A stretch of 64,000 nt of DNA from a bacterium (GCA_963662285.2 CAXXMV010000006.1:1833100-1897099), one strand, 5' to 3'; counted from the stretch's first letter, positions 38,380-49,038 are shown. Numbers and translations: made by a program. Notes: a model not told the origin generated them from the letters alone.

Positions 38380-40839
38380 TTACTGAATCTGTACGCTGTA
38401 AGTTTGACCTTGCTTCGCATTGAATTGCGCAACATTCTTACCTTTAGATTCAATTAATTCAATGGCATTGTTTCTCGATTCAATCCCGGCAATCCGGCTG
38501 TTGGATGGAAGACGAAGTTTGCAAATGCCATCTTGCGATGCGGCTAAAGTGACAGCGCATGGCTTTCCGTCTTTCCATGAAATAGAAACCTCATATCCTT
38601 GTCGAGCGACTAATCCTGATACTGAACCGGATGCCCATGCTTCCGGAAGCGCTGGAAGGATGCATATCTCGCCATCATGGCTTTGCAGCAGCATCTCAGC
38701 TATGCCCGCACAGGCGCCGAAGTTGCCGTCAATCTGGAAAGGCGGGTGTGAATCAAACAGGTTTGGTTGAGTCGATTTGGCTAAGAGTTTTTGGATATTC
38801 TCCAGCGCTATATCGCCCTCTTCAAAACGCGCCCAGAAATTTATCATCCAGGCCCGGCTCCAACCAGTGTGTCCACCGCCATGCGATAAACGGTATTCCA
38901 AAGATTTACGCAACGCAGCAGCCAGTCCCGGAGTTCCGCGCAGGGTAATCATGCGTCCAGGATGGAAACCGTAGAAATGCGACATGTGACGGTGTCCCGG
39001 TTCCGGTTCGTCATAATCTTTGATCCATTCCTGTAAACGGCCATCTTTTTGACTGATTTGCAAAGGCGCCAGTAAACCGAGCGCAGTGCGTAATCCTTTG
39101 CAAAAAGATTCATCTATATCCAATAGTTCAGCAGCTTCAATGCAATTGGTAAACAGGTCGTGGATGATCTCAATATCCATTGTGGAACCATAAGTAAACA
39201 TCGATTTGGTTCCATCCGGCTTCATGAATGAATTCTCCGGTGAATGCGATGGATTGGTCACCAGCCATCCTTCCGGCGAGGTTACAAGGAAATCCAACAG
39301 GAATAGCGCTGCTTCACGCATAATGGGATAGGCGCGTTCCGCCAGAAATTCTAAATCTCCGGTATAGAGATAATGCTCGTAGAAATGCCGGCAAGTCCAG
39401 GCGGCGCCTACCGGCCAGACTCCCCATACCCCATCAGCGGGAACGGTGAATCCCCAGACGTCAGTCAGGTGATGAACCACGAATCCACGGCAACCGTAAT
39501 GCTCCCTTGCCGTGCGTGCACCTGATTCAACCAGCGACTCCATTAAATCAAATAGCGGAAGATGACATTCAGAAAGATTGCAAACCTCGGTAGGCCAATA
39601 ATTCATCTGAAGATTGATATTGGTATGGTAATCAGCGTTCCAGGGGGCGTTCATATGATGACTCCACAGCCCCTGTAAATTCGCAGGCATGCTTCCCGGA
39701 CGTGAACTGGCGATAAGTAGATAGCGTCCCAGTTGGAAATAGGTTGCAATCAATTGCGGGTCATGAGCGCCATTTTTCTTTACTGCTTCCAGGCGTTCAT
39801 CGGTTGGAAGATTGTCTTTGTCGCTGCTTCCCAGATCGAGATCAACGCGGCGGAAAAGATTTCGATGATCGGCCAGGTGTACTTCCTTCATGGCTGAATA
39901 TGAAAGTCCACGAACCGATTCCAGCCCTTCCCTGCACTTCTTTTCAGGATCATCACCGTGGTAATCAGTGGCCGAAGTCAATAACAGAGCCACTTCATCA
40001 GCGCCTTTGATATCTATTACGCCATTGGCGTTAGTTGTTTTACCGCCTTTAACCATGGCCAGACATTGCAACTCAAATTTCATTCCTACTTGATTGCCAG
40101 TTTCATGGTGAGGACGGTTAATTTGTCCGCGCAATATTAACAGATCATCGTTTTTACTAAGGCATTTAGCATCTTTGAAGTCAATATCTTTATTTTTTGG
40201 ATCAAGGCGCTTAAGTGAAAATTTGGCTGATATGGCGCCCGGTTCATCTGCCGTCCAGCGCACTACGATAACGTCATGCGGATGGGAGGCGAAAACCTCT
40301 CTGGTATGCTCTACATAATCCGATGTATATTGTACTCCAGCGATTCCCGTATCCAGGTCTAACCATCGTCTGTATTTATTAACCTTTTCATTATTTCCGG
40401 TATCGATAATGAGATCGCCCAGCGACTGATAAGATAGAATCCTGTCGGGAACGCCCATCATGGTTTCACCCGCCAGTTTGGTCGCTTCAGCGTTTTTGCC
40501 TTCAAACAACAGTGATCGAACCTGAGGCAACGCTTCCAGCGCTTTGGGGTTGATACGGTCGCGTGGATAGCCGTCCCACAGCGTATCGTCATTCAACTGT
40601 AATCTTTCCTGATCAACTCCTCCAAAGACCATGCCGCCCAAACGTCCGTTGCCGATAGGCAGCGCATGATTCCAATCCACCGCTGGTTGCTGATACCATA
40701 AAATCCAGTTACCGGCGGGTTTCTCATCAGAACCATTGATTTGCATCATGGGCGACTTGTCTTCGGCTAAAGAAAGACTGCATACCGAAAAAAATAAGCC
40801 GCAGCAAATACTCAAAGAGATCCAAGTCTTATTTTTCAT
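38380..40839 (-). CDS. Glycoside hydrolase family 95 (alpha-L-fucosidase)
   Basis: ALPIGNGRLG, GRYLLIASSR..PANLQG.W, YHTNINLQMNYW, SPEN, HRHMSH, TGWSRAW, PFQIDGNFG. Confidence 0.95.
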   Translation of the reverse strand: MKNKTWISLSICCGLFFSVCSLSLAEDKSPMMQINGSDEKPAGNWILWYQQPAVDWNHALPIGNGRLGGMVFGGVDQERLQLNDDTLWDGYPRDRINPKALEALPQVRSLLFEGKNAEATKLAGETMMGVPDRILSYQSLGDLIIDTGNNEKVNKYRRWLDLDTGIAGVQYTSDYVEHTREVFASHPHDVIVVRWTADEPGAISAKFSLKRLDPKNKDIDFKDAKCLSKNDDLLILRGQINRPHHETGNQVGMKFELQCLAMVKGGKTTNANGVIDIKGADEVALLLTSATDYHGDDPEKKCREGLESVRGLSYSAMKEVHLADHRNLFRRVDLDLGSSDKDNLPTDERLEAVKKNGAHDPQLIATYFQLGRYLLIASSRPGSMPANLQGLWSHHMNAPWNADYHTNINLQMNYWPTEVCNLSECHLPLFDLMESLVESGARTAREHYGCRGFVVHHLTDVWGFTVPADGVWGVWPVGAAWTCRHFYEHYLYTGDLEFLAERAYPIMREAALFLLDFLVTSPEGWLVTNPSHSPENSFMKPDGTKSMFTYGSTMDIEIIHDLFTNCIEAAELLDIDESFCKGLRTALGLLAPLQISQKDGRLQEWIKDYDEPEPGHRHMSHFYGFHPGRMITLRGTPGLAAALRKSLEYRLSHGGGHTGWSRAWMINFWARFEEGDIALENIQKLLAKSTQPNLFDSHPPFQIDGNFGACAGIAEMLLQSHDGEICILPALPEAWASGSVSGLVARQGYEVSISWKDGKPCAVTLAASQDGICKLRLPSNSRIAGIESRNNAIELIESKGKNVAQFNAKQGQTYSVQIQ

Positions 40840-41009
40840 TAAAACCCTCCTAATTAATATAATTACTCTAACGACTACTATCAGAACATGTCAAGAAAAT
40901 ATCAAGGGATGCCTTGGCGCTCCAGATGACTTTCATTATATCATCATGTAGTATTCTTAAGTCAGAAAGATTTTATAGATGAAAATTGATAAAAAGTAGG
41001 TTATTAACT

Positions 41010-42203
41010 ATGAAAAATTCCAATCGCTTTCTATATTTTCTACTAACAATATCAATTCTACTTTGTGTATTCAGTTCTTCAGAAGGCTTGTGCAGAGATT
41101 CTTACTCTCAATGGGAAAACGGGCTTTCCAATAATCCTGATTATTTCCCTATCGCTGTCTGGCTGCAGAATCCCCGCAATGCTGAGAAATATAAAGCCAT
41201 TGGCGTTAATCTATACATCGGTCTATGGCAAGGCCCCACTGAACAACAACTTAAAGACCTCAAACAAGCGGGAATGCGGGTAATTTGCAGCCAGAATGCC
41301 TTTGGTTTAGCTAATCTGAATAATCCCACCATCGCCGCCTGGATGCATCAGGACGAACCGGATAACGCGCAACCAGTGGTTGATTCTGAAACCGGTAAGA
41401 AAACCTATGGTCCGCCAGTTAAACCAACCAAGATATTTGAAGACTATAAGAAACTGCAAAAAAACGATCCAACCCGTCCTATTTTGCTCAATCTGGGTCA
41501 GGGAGTCGCCAACGACGAGTGGAAAGGCCGGGGCAGCTGGGGTAAGAAGGAAGACTATCCCGGTTATGCCAGGGGATGCGATATTTTGTCGTTCGACGTA
41601 TATCCCGTAGCAGGCATTCAAAAACCGGATGGAGAGAATTACTTATGGTATATCGCCAAAGGATTGAAGCGATTAGCAGTTTGGAGCAACCAAGAGAAAA
41701 TACTCTGGAATTGTATAGAGTGCACCCATATCAGCAATGAAAAAGCCAAGGCTACTCCACATCAGGTTAAAGCCGAAGTCTGGATGTCGATCATTCACGG
41801 CTCCAAGGGCATTATCTATTTTGTGCATGAGTTTAAGCCTAAATTCAAAGAGGCTGCATTACTTGATGATGCCATAATGAGAGAAGCCGTCAGCCAAATC
41901 AACCATCAAATACACTCTCTGGCGCCAGTATTGAATACGCCAATGGTGGAAGAACTAATATCGGTTGAATCATCAACTCAAGATGCTCCTATAGCGATTG
42001 CTTGCAAGAAATATAATAATGCAACCTATGTGTTTGCCGTAGGAATGCGCAACCGAGAAACGCAGGGGAAATTTACAGTTAATATTCAGGGATTAAATAA
42101 GAAAGTTACAGTCTTAAACGAAAATAGGGAAATTTTGATGAAGGACAGTTGTTTTACTGATCATTTCAATCCATACGACGTCCATATTTACAAAATTGAT
42201 TAA
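41010..42203 (+). CDS. Secreted putative glycoside hydrolase (GH-A clan-like, unclassified)
   Basis: Signal peptide; FPIAVW, WMHQDEPDN, DILSFDVYP, WNCIE, W.SIIHG.KGI.YF. Confidence 0.55.
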   Translation: MKNSNRFLYFLLTISILLCVFSSSEGLCRDSYSQWENGLSNNPDYFPIAVWLQNPRNAEKYKAIGVNLYIGLWQGPTEQQLKDLKQAGMRVICSQNAFGLANLNNPTIAAWMHQDEPDNAQPVVDSETGKKTYGPPVKPTKIFEDYKKLQKNDPTRPILLNLGQGVANDEWKGRGSWGKKEDYPGYARGCDILSFDVYPVAGIQKPDGENYLWYIAKGLKRLAVWSNQEKILWNCIECTHISNEKAKATPHQVKAEVWMSIIHGSKGIIYFVHEFKPKFKEAALLDDAIMREAVSQINHQIHSLAPVLNTPMVEELISVESSTQDAPIAIACKKYNNATYVFAVGMRNRETQGKFTVNIQGLNKKVTVLNENREILMKDSCFTDHFNPYDVHIYKID

Positions 42204-42230
42204 TGAGTAAACGGTAAAAAAAGTCAAAAA

Positions 42231-42683
42231 TCAACTTTTATTTTTTTTCTCAATATAAACCATGCCTGTTCGCTGGACGTTGTTTTCCACTTGAGGAACA
42301 ACTTCCATGATATTATTCATTTGCACCTTCTTTTTCCTTTGATCAGCTAATTTTGTTCTAACCACATCTCCTAATGTAAATCCACTATCTTTAAGGTCCT
42401 TGTATAATGGAGGTGGAACCCGCAAGGAATTTATATCATTCTTCTCAAGCCAGTTTTTCATCAACCAACTCTTGATGAAAGCATGGTTTAATTGAACTCC
42501 ATTAGCAGCAGGAACATTCTTTAGCAATTCTTTCATCGGACAATAATCAGAATCAAAGCAATGGATATAGGCAAAGGTTGCCACTAAAAGGTCGAGTTCC
42601 TTCTCTTCACAATCCGGGCAGCAAATGCTTTTCTCTTCAATTAATTTAGCTTTATTACATATCTCACAGCGTTGAGTAGGCAT
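42231..42683 (-). CDS. Small Zn-ribbon protein (YvyF-like N-terminus)
   Basis: CEIC...CPDCEEKE: two CxxC pairs followed by an acidic helix. Confidence 0.5.
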   Translation of the reverse strand: MPTQRCEICNKAKLIEEKSICCPDCEEKELDLLVATFAYIHCFDSDYCPMKELLKNVPAANGVQLNHAFIKSWLMKNWLEKNDINSLRVPPPLYKDLKDSGFTLGDVVRTKLADQRKKKVQMNNIMEVVPQVENNVQRTGMVYIEKKNKS

Positions 42684-42795
42684 TATTTTATCCGTTTTGA
42701 AATATCTATATCTATATCAATATATTATAGTACTTTATTATAATTTTCAAAATTCATAAACAACATTATTGCATTTTTTTAATATCATAAATAAA

Positions 42796-42830
42796 TCCCC
42801 TTCGATCGAATATCTCGTCCGAAGGGGAAA
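42796..42830 (-). terminator. Terminator downstream of mtnP
   Basis: TCCCCTTCG...CGAAGGGGA stem in an A/T-rich context. Confidence 0.6.
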
Positions 42831-42882
42831 TAAATGCGCTATCACTTAAATCTTATCATATAAATAATTATCAATACTTGAT

Positions 42883-43743
42883 TTACGAATTATATTTGCT
42901 TGATAAGAATTCAAAAGCTTCTTTACGTTCTTTTGGATAATCTTCAGGCTTGGTCATAATGGCGTTTTTGAGGGCTTCATTGCAATTGCATGAAACGCCG
43001 CGCTCTTCTGGAATTTTCGGAATTACCGTTTTGATAAGTTGTTTGAGGTTATCCGCATTTTTCATCAAATTTTGGATAATCATGTCGATTTCCACGTCTT
43101 CTTCATGCCAGCAGTCATAATCAGTGACAGCGGCTACGATGGCGTAGCAAATTTCCGCTTCTCGCGCTAATTTGGCTTCGGGTAAGGCGGTCATACCTAT
43201 CAAATCCGCTCCCCAACTGCGGTAAAGATTTGATTCCGCACGAGTTGAGAAGAGTGGGCCTTCCATGCATACATAAGTTCCATCCGGATGAACGGTAATG
43301 CCGCATTCTTGTGCAGATTCAATTAATAACTGACGCAAAGGATTGCAGAATGGATCAGCGAAAGCAACGTGAACTGCAATGGGATCAAAAAAAGTACTAG
43401 GGCGATGCTTGGTACGGTCAATTACCTGATCAGGCACTACGAAATCAAGGGGTTTTTTGTCAATTTGCAGACTTCCCACCGCATTGACAGCTATAATCCA
43501 TTCTACGCCCAGCTGTTTCAAGGCATAAATATTGGCCTGATATGGGACATTGGTAGGATTGTATTTATGCGAACGGCCATGACGCGGTAAAAAAGCCAGT
43601 TCCCGGCCCTCATATCTTCCAAGGCGGATATGATCCGATGGAGAACCGTAAGGCGTCCACAGATCCACCTCATCATGATATTCAACATCTTCCAAATTAT
43701 AAACGCCAGAGCCACCAATTACGCCTATACGCGCTTTAGTCAT
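42883..43743 (-). CDS. mtnP: S-methyl-5'-thioadenosine phosphorylase
   Basis: IGVIGGSG, FLPRHG..H, ANIYALK, EGPLFSTRAES, GMTALPEAKLAREAE, VTDYDCW. Confidence 0.95.
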   Translation of the reverse strand: MTKARIGVIGGSGVYNLEDVEYHDEVDLWTPYGSPSDHIRLGRYEGRELAFLPRHGRSHKYNPTNVPYQANIYALKQLGVEWIIAVNAVGSLQIDKKPLDFVVPDQVIDRTKHRPSTFFDPIAVHVAFADPFCNPLRQLLIESAQECGITVHPDGTYVCMEGPLFSTRAESNLYRSWGADLIGMTALPEAKLAREAEICYAIVAAVTDYDCWHEEDVEIDMIIQNLMKNADNLKQLIKTVIPKIPEERGVSCNCNEALKNAIMTKPEDYPKERKEAFEFLSSKYNS

Positions 43744-43960
43744 TAATATTTCTCCCTTCGAAAAATTCTATGTATTGATATATTTATTCTTAAGTATTAT
43801 TTTAATTTATTGGTATTCTTCAACAAATAAACGACAATGAATATCACCTAATCATTGCATTAAACACCATATTAAGGCTACCATAAGATAGCGGCGACAA
43901 TGGGTCAAGCCGATGCGCCATCATTGATTCATTAAAAGAGAGAATACTGGAGAAATTTGT

Positions 43961-44857
43961 ATGATTCGTAGTATGACTGGATATTGCAGTGTTCGTGAGA
44001 AAATTGGCGATGCTACCGTCAGCCTGGAAATCAAGACATTGAATCATCGGGGATTTGACGTCCATTTCCATTCATCAAGGGTAATGGCCATGCTGGATGT
44101 TCCCGTTCGCGAACTTATCCAGAAGAGCATCAAACGCGGTCGGGTGGAAATTTATCTGCGTTGCATCGGCGGATTGATAGCTCAGGATGTTATTAGACCC
44201 AATGTGCAAGCGGCGCGCTGCTATTTGGATTCAGCGCAAAAAATTGCAGATGAACTGAATATGGATTTTACGCCGCGTATTGATTTTATCTTAAATCAAA
44301 ATGGCGTTCTCGAAGCAGAGGAACCGGAACTCGATCTGGAGCAGACCTGGGACATGGTTAAAGGTCTTGCTGAACACGCTATTCAGTCTGTTCTTGAAAT
44401 GAAGCATAACGAAGGCGCCCGGCTTAAGACAGAACTCGAAAAAATCCTTCTGCACCTGGAAACATTAAACAACGAAGTAAAGAAATTACGCGAAAACATC
44501 AATGAAGAATATCGTGAGAAAATCCTCACTCGTATCAATGAATGGAATACGCAACTTGATCTGGACCCGAATCGGGTTCTGCAGGAAGTTGCTTTTTATA
44601 CTGACCGCTCAGACGTTCAAGAGGAAATATCACGCTTGCAAAGCCACATAGAACAATTTAAGGAAATATTAAACAGCAATGGCGGCGATGATTCATATAC
44701 TCCTATTGGACGCCGTCTTGATTTTCTATGCCAGGAAATGTTCCGCGAAGTCAATACCATTGGTTCTAAAAGTTCATCTATCGATATCGTTCGTAATGTA
44801 CTTGATTTAAAAGGCGCAACCGAACAATTGCGCGAGCAAGTGCAGAATGTGGAATAA
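43961..44857 (+). CDS. yicC: YicC/YloC family endoribonuclease
   Basis: MIRSMTGY, DVQEEISRL.SH, GRRLDFL.QEM.RE.NTIGSK, EQLREQVQNVE. Confidence 0.95.
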   Translation: MIRSMTGYCSVREKIGDATVSLEIKTLNHRGFDVHFHSSRVMAMLDVPVRELIQKSIKRGRVEIYLRCIGGLIAQDVIRPNVQAARCYLDSAQKIADELNMDFTPRIDFILNQNGVLEAEEPELDLEQTWDMVKGLAEHAIQSVLEMKHNEGARLKTELEKILLHLETLNNEVKKLRENINEEYREKILTRINEWNTQLDLDPNRVLQEVAFYTDRSDVQEEISRLQSHIEQFKEILNSNGGDDSYTPIGRRLDFLCQEMFREVNTIGSKSSSIDIVRNVLDLKGATEQLREQVQNVE

Positions 44858-44869
44858 AAAAATTATAGG

Positions 44870-44916
44870 GTAACCAATGTTCCCTCTTCCTCCGGGAGAG
44901 GGCTAGGGTGAGGGGT
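44870..44916 (+). repeat. CCCTCT..GGAGAGGG-type REP-like element
   Basis: GTAACCAATGTTCCCTCTTCCTCCGGGAGAGGGCTAGGGTGAGGGG; near copy at 62079. Confidence 0.7.
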
Positions 44917-45071
44917 ATCCGTAGACAAGTTATTTATTTCCGTTTCATCTTTGATGTGTAAAAACATGTAATATTTTAAGCATCCATAACCTATCCCCTG
45001 GGATTATTTAATCAAATAATGATTAATAGATTGATTCGTGAAAGACTATTTCAATATAAACGGTCGAATCC

Positions 45072-46799
45072 ATGCCATTAATCACTCCAAGAAGACGATT
45101 CCTTATTATTGCGCCGCTTGCCCTTCTACTGCCGGCGGGACTGCTTACATTTCTTGGACTGGAAACGGTTCGGGGGTTAGAAAAGCAATATGGGGAAATG
45201 GCTAATCTCAAAGTTGAAGAGATCGTCAATCAAGTTCGCAACACTACCAGCAATAAAGTCATCTACACCATCCAGGAGCCTTTCAAGAAAATATTCGACC
45301 TGGAAGGCGTCAAACAATTCAAATCTTTACCATTGGAAGATGGATTCTCTTTCTCGTTGACCGATTCCCTGCCCGCCGTCGATATGATTTTTGTCTATGG
45401 ATCAGACCACAAGTTGTATTTTTTTAAAAGACAGAAAATCATTAACGACAGCGATGATGATAAAAAATCCACCTGGATTCTTTCTTCGGATGATTTGACC
45501 GATTTTTCGAACCGTATAAAAAGCGCAATCAATGTAAATATCACATCTCTGCTGGAAGCTATTGATAAGGATATTTTGCCTCTTTCCCAAAGAAATTTTC
45601 AGACGCTTCGTTACCCGGATAATATCTATCCTCTGGATGGCCGTCGAGAATTAGCCTTTTATACTATCACTAATATTGAACAACCCTCCAATAAAACATC
45701 CTGGCTTCAAGCTATTGGTATTACTATTAATTTTGAGTATATCAATAGCACCTTTTTTAATAATATGCTGGATGAAATGTGGCTTCACTTACAGCATACG
45801 ATTGCCATCGAAGACTCTTTGATTCAACAACGCGTAGCTCAAGTGATTGATTCAAGCGAAGGAACCATGAGGGAAAGTTCAACCTTTCGTCCTACAATTT
45901 TTCACAATAATTATTTCCCATGGTATAAATTACATTTTTCCGCTTCTATCGGTGAAGAATATATCCAGATCGCCAATTATCATAAACTCTTCTATTACAG
46001 TTTAATTGCTGTAGCCAATATTATTATGATCGCATCAGTGATTGGCGCATTACGTAATATCTCCAAAGAATTAGCTCTGTCCGATTTACGGTCAAACTTT
46101 GTAGCTCGCGTATCTCACGAGTTGCGCACTCCCCTGGGATTGATTCGTTTATATTCTGAAACGCTTGAAATGAATCGCGCCAAGAACGAGCAGAAGCGCA
46201 AGGAATATCTTCACGCCATAACTAAAGAGAGCGAACGCCTTACCCATATGATCAACAATATTCTGAATTTCTCCCGAATCGAAGCTAATAGCGAGCATTA
46301 TTCCTTCTCTTCAGCTTCAATCGAACCGGTGATTATGGATACGGTTGATACAATGCGCTATCATTTAGAACGTAATGGACTATCCATTCACGTCGCAGTC
46401 GATCCTGATTTACCATTAGTACAATGCGATACAGATGCCTTACAACAAGCTCTCTATAATCTTCTGAATAATGCTATGAAATATTCAGGTGATGGTAAGG
46501 AGATTTTAGTACGCGCTTATTCAAAGAAAAAAACTGTCATAATTGATATTACCGACTATGGCATCGGGATAGATCCGGCGCATCAAGAGCATATATTCAA
46601 CGAATTTTACCGCGTTGATGATCCAGCGGTGCGTGAAACCGGCGGCAGCGGTTTAGGTCTCGCCGTTGTCAAACATATCGTTGAAGCTCATCAAGGACAT
46701 TTGAGCGTCAATAGCAAGACAGGTAAAGGCAGCACTTTCAGCATCCATTTGCCCATTATAAATAACGAGACAGATAATTATGACGATGCTTCCTCATAG
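45072..46799 (+). CDS. Membrane sensor histidine kinase (HisKA + HATPase)
   Basis: Two TMs; VSHELRTPL, NLLNNAMKYS, DYGIGI, GGSGLGL. Confidence 0.93.
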   Translation: MPLITPRRRFLIIAPLALLLPAGLLTFLGLETVRGLEKQYGEMANLKVEEIVNQVRNTTSNKVIYTIQEPFKKIFDLEGVKQFKSLPLEDGFSFSLTDSLPAVDMIFVYGSDHKLYFFKRQKIINDSDDDKKSTWILSSDDLTDFSNRIKSAINVNITSLLEAIDKDILPLSQRNFQTLRYPDNIYPLDGRRELAFYTITNIEQPSNKTSWLQAIGITINFEYINSTFFNNMLDEMWLHLQHTIAIEDSLIQQRVAQVIDSSEGTMRESSTFRPTIFHNNYFPWYKLHFSASIGEEYIQIANYHKLFYYSLIAVANIIMIASVIGALRNISKELALSDLRSNFVARVSHELRTPLGLIRLYSETLEMNRAKNEQKRKEYLHAITKESERLTHMINNILNFSRIEANSEHYSFSSASIEPVIMDTVDTMRYHLERNGLSIHVAVDPDLPLVQCDTDALQQALYNLLNNAMKYSGDGKEILVRAYSKKKTVIIDITDYGIGIDPAHQEHIFNEFYRVDDPAVRETGGSGLGLAVVKHIVEAHQGHLSVNSKTGKGSTFSIHLPIINNETDNYDDASS

Positions 46800-48990
46800 A
46801 GATTATTCTTCTGACGCCAATAAATCACTTGCTGCGCGTCTTTGTCGAAAGTTATCGCTCTGCCTCTTCCTGCTGCCGGTTGCATTAGTTCCGGGGCTAT
46901 TCAGCTCTTTAAACACCAATACGATTGTGATCAAAGAGACTATTTTACAATTCTCTCTTATATGGATTATTCTAATTCTGCCGATTGTTTGGTTGCAGGA
47001 ACATATTGATAAAGTTAACTGCATCTCATGGAAAATTCCTAACCATCTTTTTATTATTCTTATATCATTATTGACATATCTATATATATCATCCACCTGG
47101 ATATCCGGCCATCCCCGCGCAGCTCATGAATTCCTCAAATGGGCTTGTTACATCCTGCTGACCTTGGTTACCATTCCATTCGTTATAAACCGCCGCCGTT
47201 TTCATCTCTACCTGACCATTACAGTCTTCACCGCATTAATAATCAGCATCTACGCAATCGGACAGGCTTTCGAGATTGATTATATATATGAAGACTGGGA
47301 TCCGTTTCTGATGGGCGTTGCAGGAGTGCGCCGGGTATGCGGCACGATGGGCAATCCCGATTTTCTGGCCGGATACCTGGTAGGTATAATTCCACTTACC
47401 CTGGTATTATCATTATCCTGCGCAGGCTATTTACGGTTCATCCTGTTGGGTATTTCTCTTATCGAACTGATCGCAATGTTTTACACCTACAGCCGTGGCG
47501 CGGCGCTCGCCTTATGCATCACTGGTTTTATTCTTATTGCCTCTTTAGCATTCTTATGGATTAAGAATCCCGAATTATTGCGCCCGGTCATGTCGAAACG
47601 CAGCGCTATTGTATGCCTCTGCGTCTTGATCATTATCGGATTATGCATTGGCGTGTTTATGTGGGATGCTATATCGGTCAACCTGAACCGTCTTACCCAA
47701 TTAGGAGAAGACGTTTCAAGTTTGAGCCGTCTCTATTTTTGGGGCGGCGCTCTTGAAATGTGGAAGGCTCATCCTATCACCGGACTAGGCATCGGAACCT
47801 TCACCATATTCTTCCCTGAGTTCCGCTCTCAGAAATTAGCTTCCCTTCAGTCTTTCAAGGATTTCTACGTCGAACACGCCCACTGTGAATATCTGGAAAT
47901 TCTGGCGGAAACTGGACTGATCGGCTTCGGTTTATATGCTCTCTTCTTTATAGCATTTTCAATATACATCTGGAAATTTATAATAAGAAATACTCAATGG
48001 GAGAGCCTGGTTCTCTTTGGATTATGGACTGGCATGGCCGGGATTTTGATCCATAACCTTTTTACAGTTACCCTGCGCTTTACTCCCAGCGCATTTATTC
48101 TATGGTCATTCTGCGGCGCCGCTATCGGCGTCAGAGCCTCAATGACCCAAACGCATAAATCACCTTCGATACAGCTCAAAAGCCTTATCAGCATCATCCT
48201 TCTGGCAGCCGTACCATTCTTATTCATCAGCGCCGTGAAGAATTATGTTGGCGACTACCAGATACGCCAAGCTAAAGCATGGTTATCGGAATGCGATATA
48301 CAGGAATCTCAGCGTCATAACCATGAGTTGCTAGAAAAAACTTTCACGGTGTTGCATAAAAGCATCGAACTGGCCCCTCATCAAATATATAGTCATTTCC
48401 TGCTCGGTGTGGCGTATCACAAAGTATACGACTATCCTCAGGCGGTAGAATCATACAAACGGCTTGAAACCCTTCAAAAGGATTTCACCTCCAATCGCAT
48501 GAATATCGGAATCAGTTATATGAAACAATCAGACTTGATTGGAGGAGCGTCGTATCTTCCTAACAAAGTCAAGCCTTTTCCCATTCTTTCTAACCAATGC
48601 CTGGATAATGCTCAAGACTGGCTGCTACAGGCTTTGCAAAGTGATCCGGAATCTCCAGATTACCACCTTTTCCTCGGTCGTACCTATTATCATAAGGGAT
48701 TGTTCAATGCAGCGGAAAAATCTTTTTCCGCCGCATTGCGTTATAACCAATACAGGAAATTTAATAATAAATCTTACAGTGATCCTCTCATAGATACCCT
48801 GGTCTATCTGGGACGCGCCTTATTTTATCAACAGAAATATGAGGATGCCCGTAAATCATTTCTCGAAGCATTGCAAAAGATCGAAGCGCTGCCCAAGAAC
48901 AAAGTCCTCCAGCCGGGACAACCTGATATGACGCCCGCCCTCAAATCAGAAATCAATAAATTCCTTAATTATATTGAAAAAAGCCAATAA
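46780..48990 (+). CDS. O-antigen ligase/Wzy_C family membrane protein with C-terminal TPRs
   Basis: GTMGNPDFLAGYL, TYSRGA, R.YFW.GA..M...HPITGLG.GTF, HAHCEYLE..AE.G..G; TPR-like tail. Confidence 0.85.
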   Translation: MTMLPHRDYSSDANKSLAARLCRKLSLCLFLLPVALVPGLFSSLNTNTIVIKETILQFSLIWIILILPIVWLQEHIDKVNCISWKIPNHLFIILISLLTYLYISSTWISGHPRAAHEFLKWACYILLTLVTIPFVINRRRFHLYLTITVFTALIISIYAIGQAFEIDYIYEDWDPFLMGVAGVRRVCGTMGNPDFLAGYLVGIIPLTLVLSLSCAGYLRFILLGISLIELIAMFYTYSRGAALALCITGFILIASLAFLWIKNPELLRPVMSKRSAIVCLCVLIIIGLCIGVFMWDAISVNLNRLTQLGEDVSSLSRLYFWGGALEMWKAHPITGLGIGTFTIFFPEFRSQKLASLQSFKDFYVEHAHCEYLEILAETGLIGFGLYALFFIAFSIYIWKFIIRNTQWESLVLFGLWTGMAGILIHNLFTVTLRFTPSAFILWSFCGAAIGVRASMTQTHKSPSIQLKSLISIILLAAVPFLFISAVKNYVGDYQIRQAKAWLSECDIQESQRHNHELLEKTFTVLHKSIELAPHQIYSHFLLGVAYHKVYDYPQAVESYKRLETLQKDFTSNRMNIGISYMKQSDLIGGASYLPNKVKPFPILSNQCLDNAQDWLLQALQSDPESPDYHLFLGRTYYHKGLFNAAEKSFSAALRYNQYRKFNNKSYSDPLIDTLVYLGRALFYQQKYEDARKSFLEALQKIEALPKNKVLQPGQPDMTPALKSEINKFLNYIEKSQ

Positions 48991-49006
48991 AAATTGGCTT
49001 TTTTTT
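48977..49006. terminator. Bidirectional terminator
   Basis: AAAAAAGCCAAT-AAAA-ATTGGCTTTTTT between convergent genes. Confidence 0.7.
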
Positions 49007-49038
49007 AACGCAAGGATGAATGTTATTAATCAAGCACT

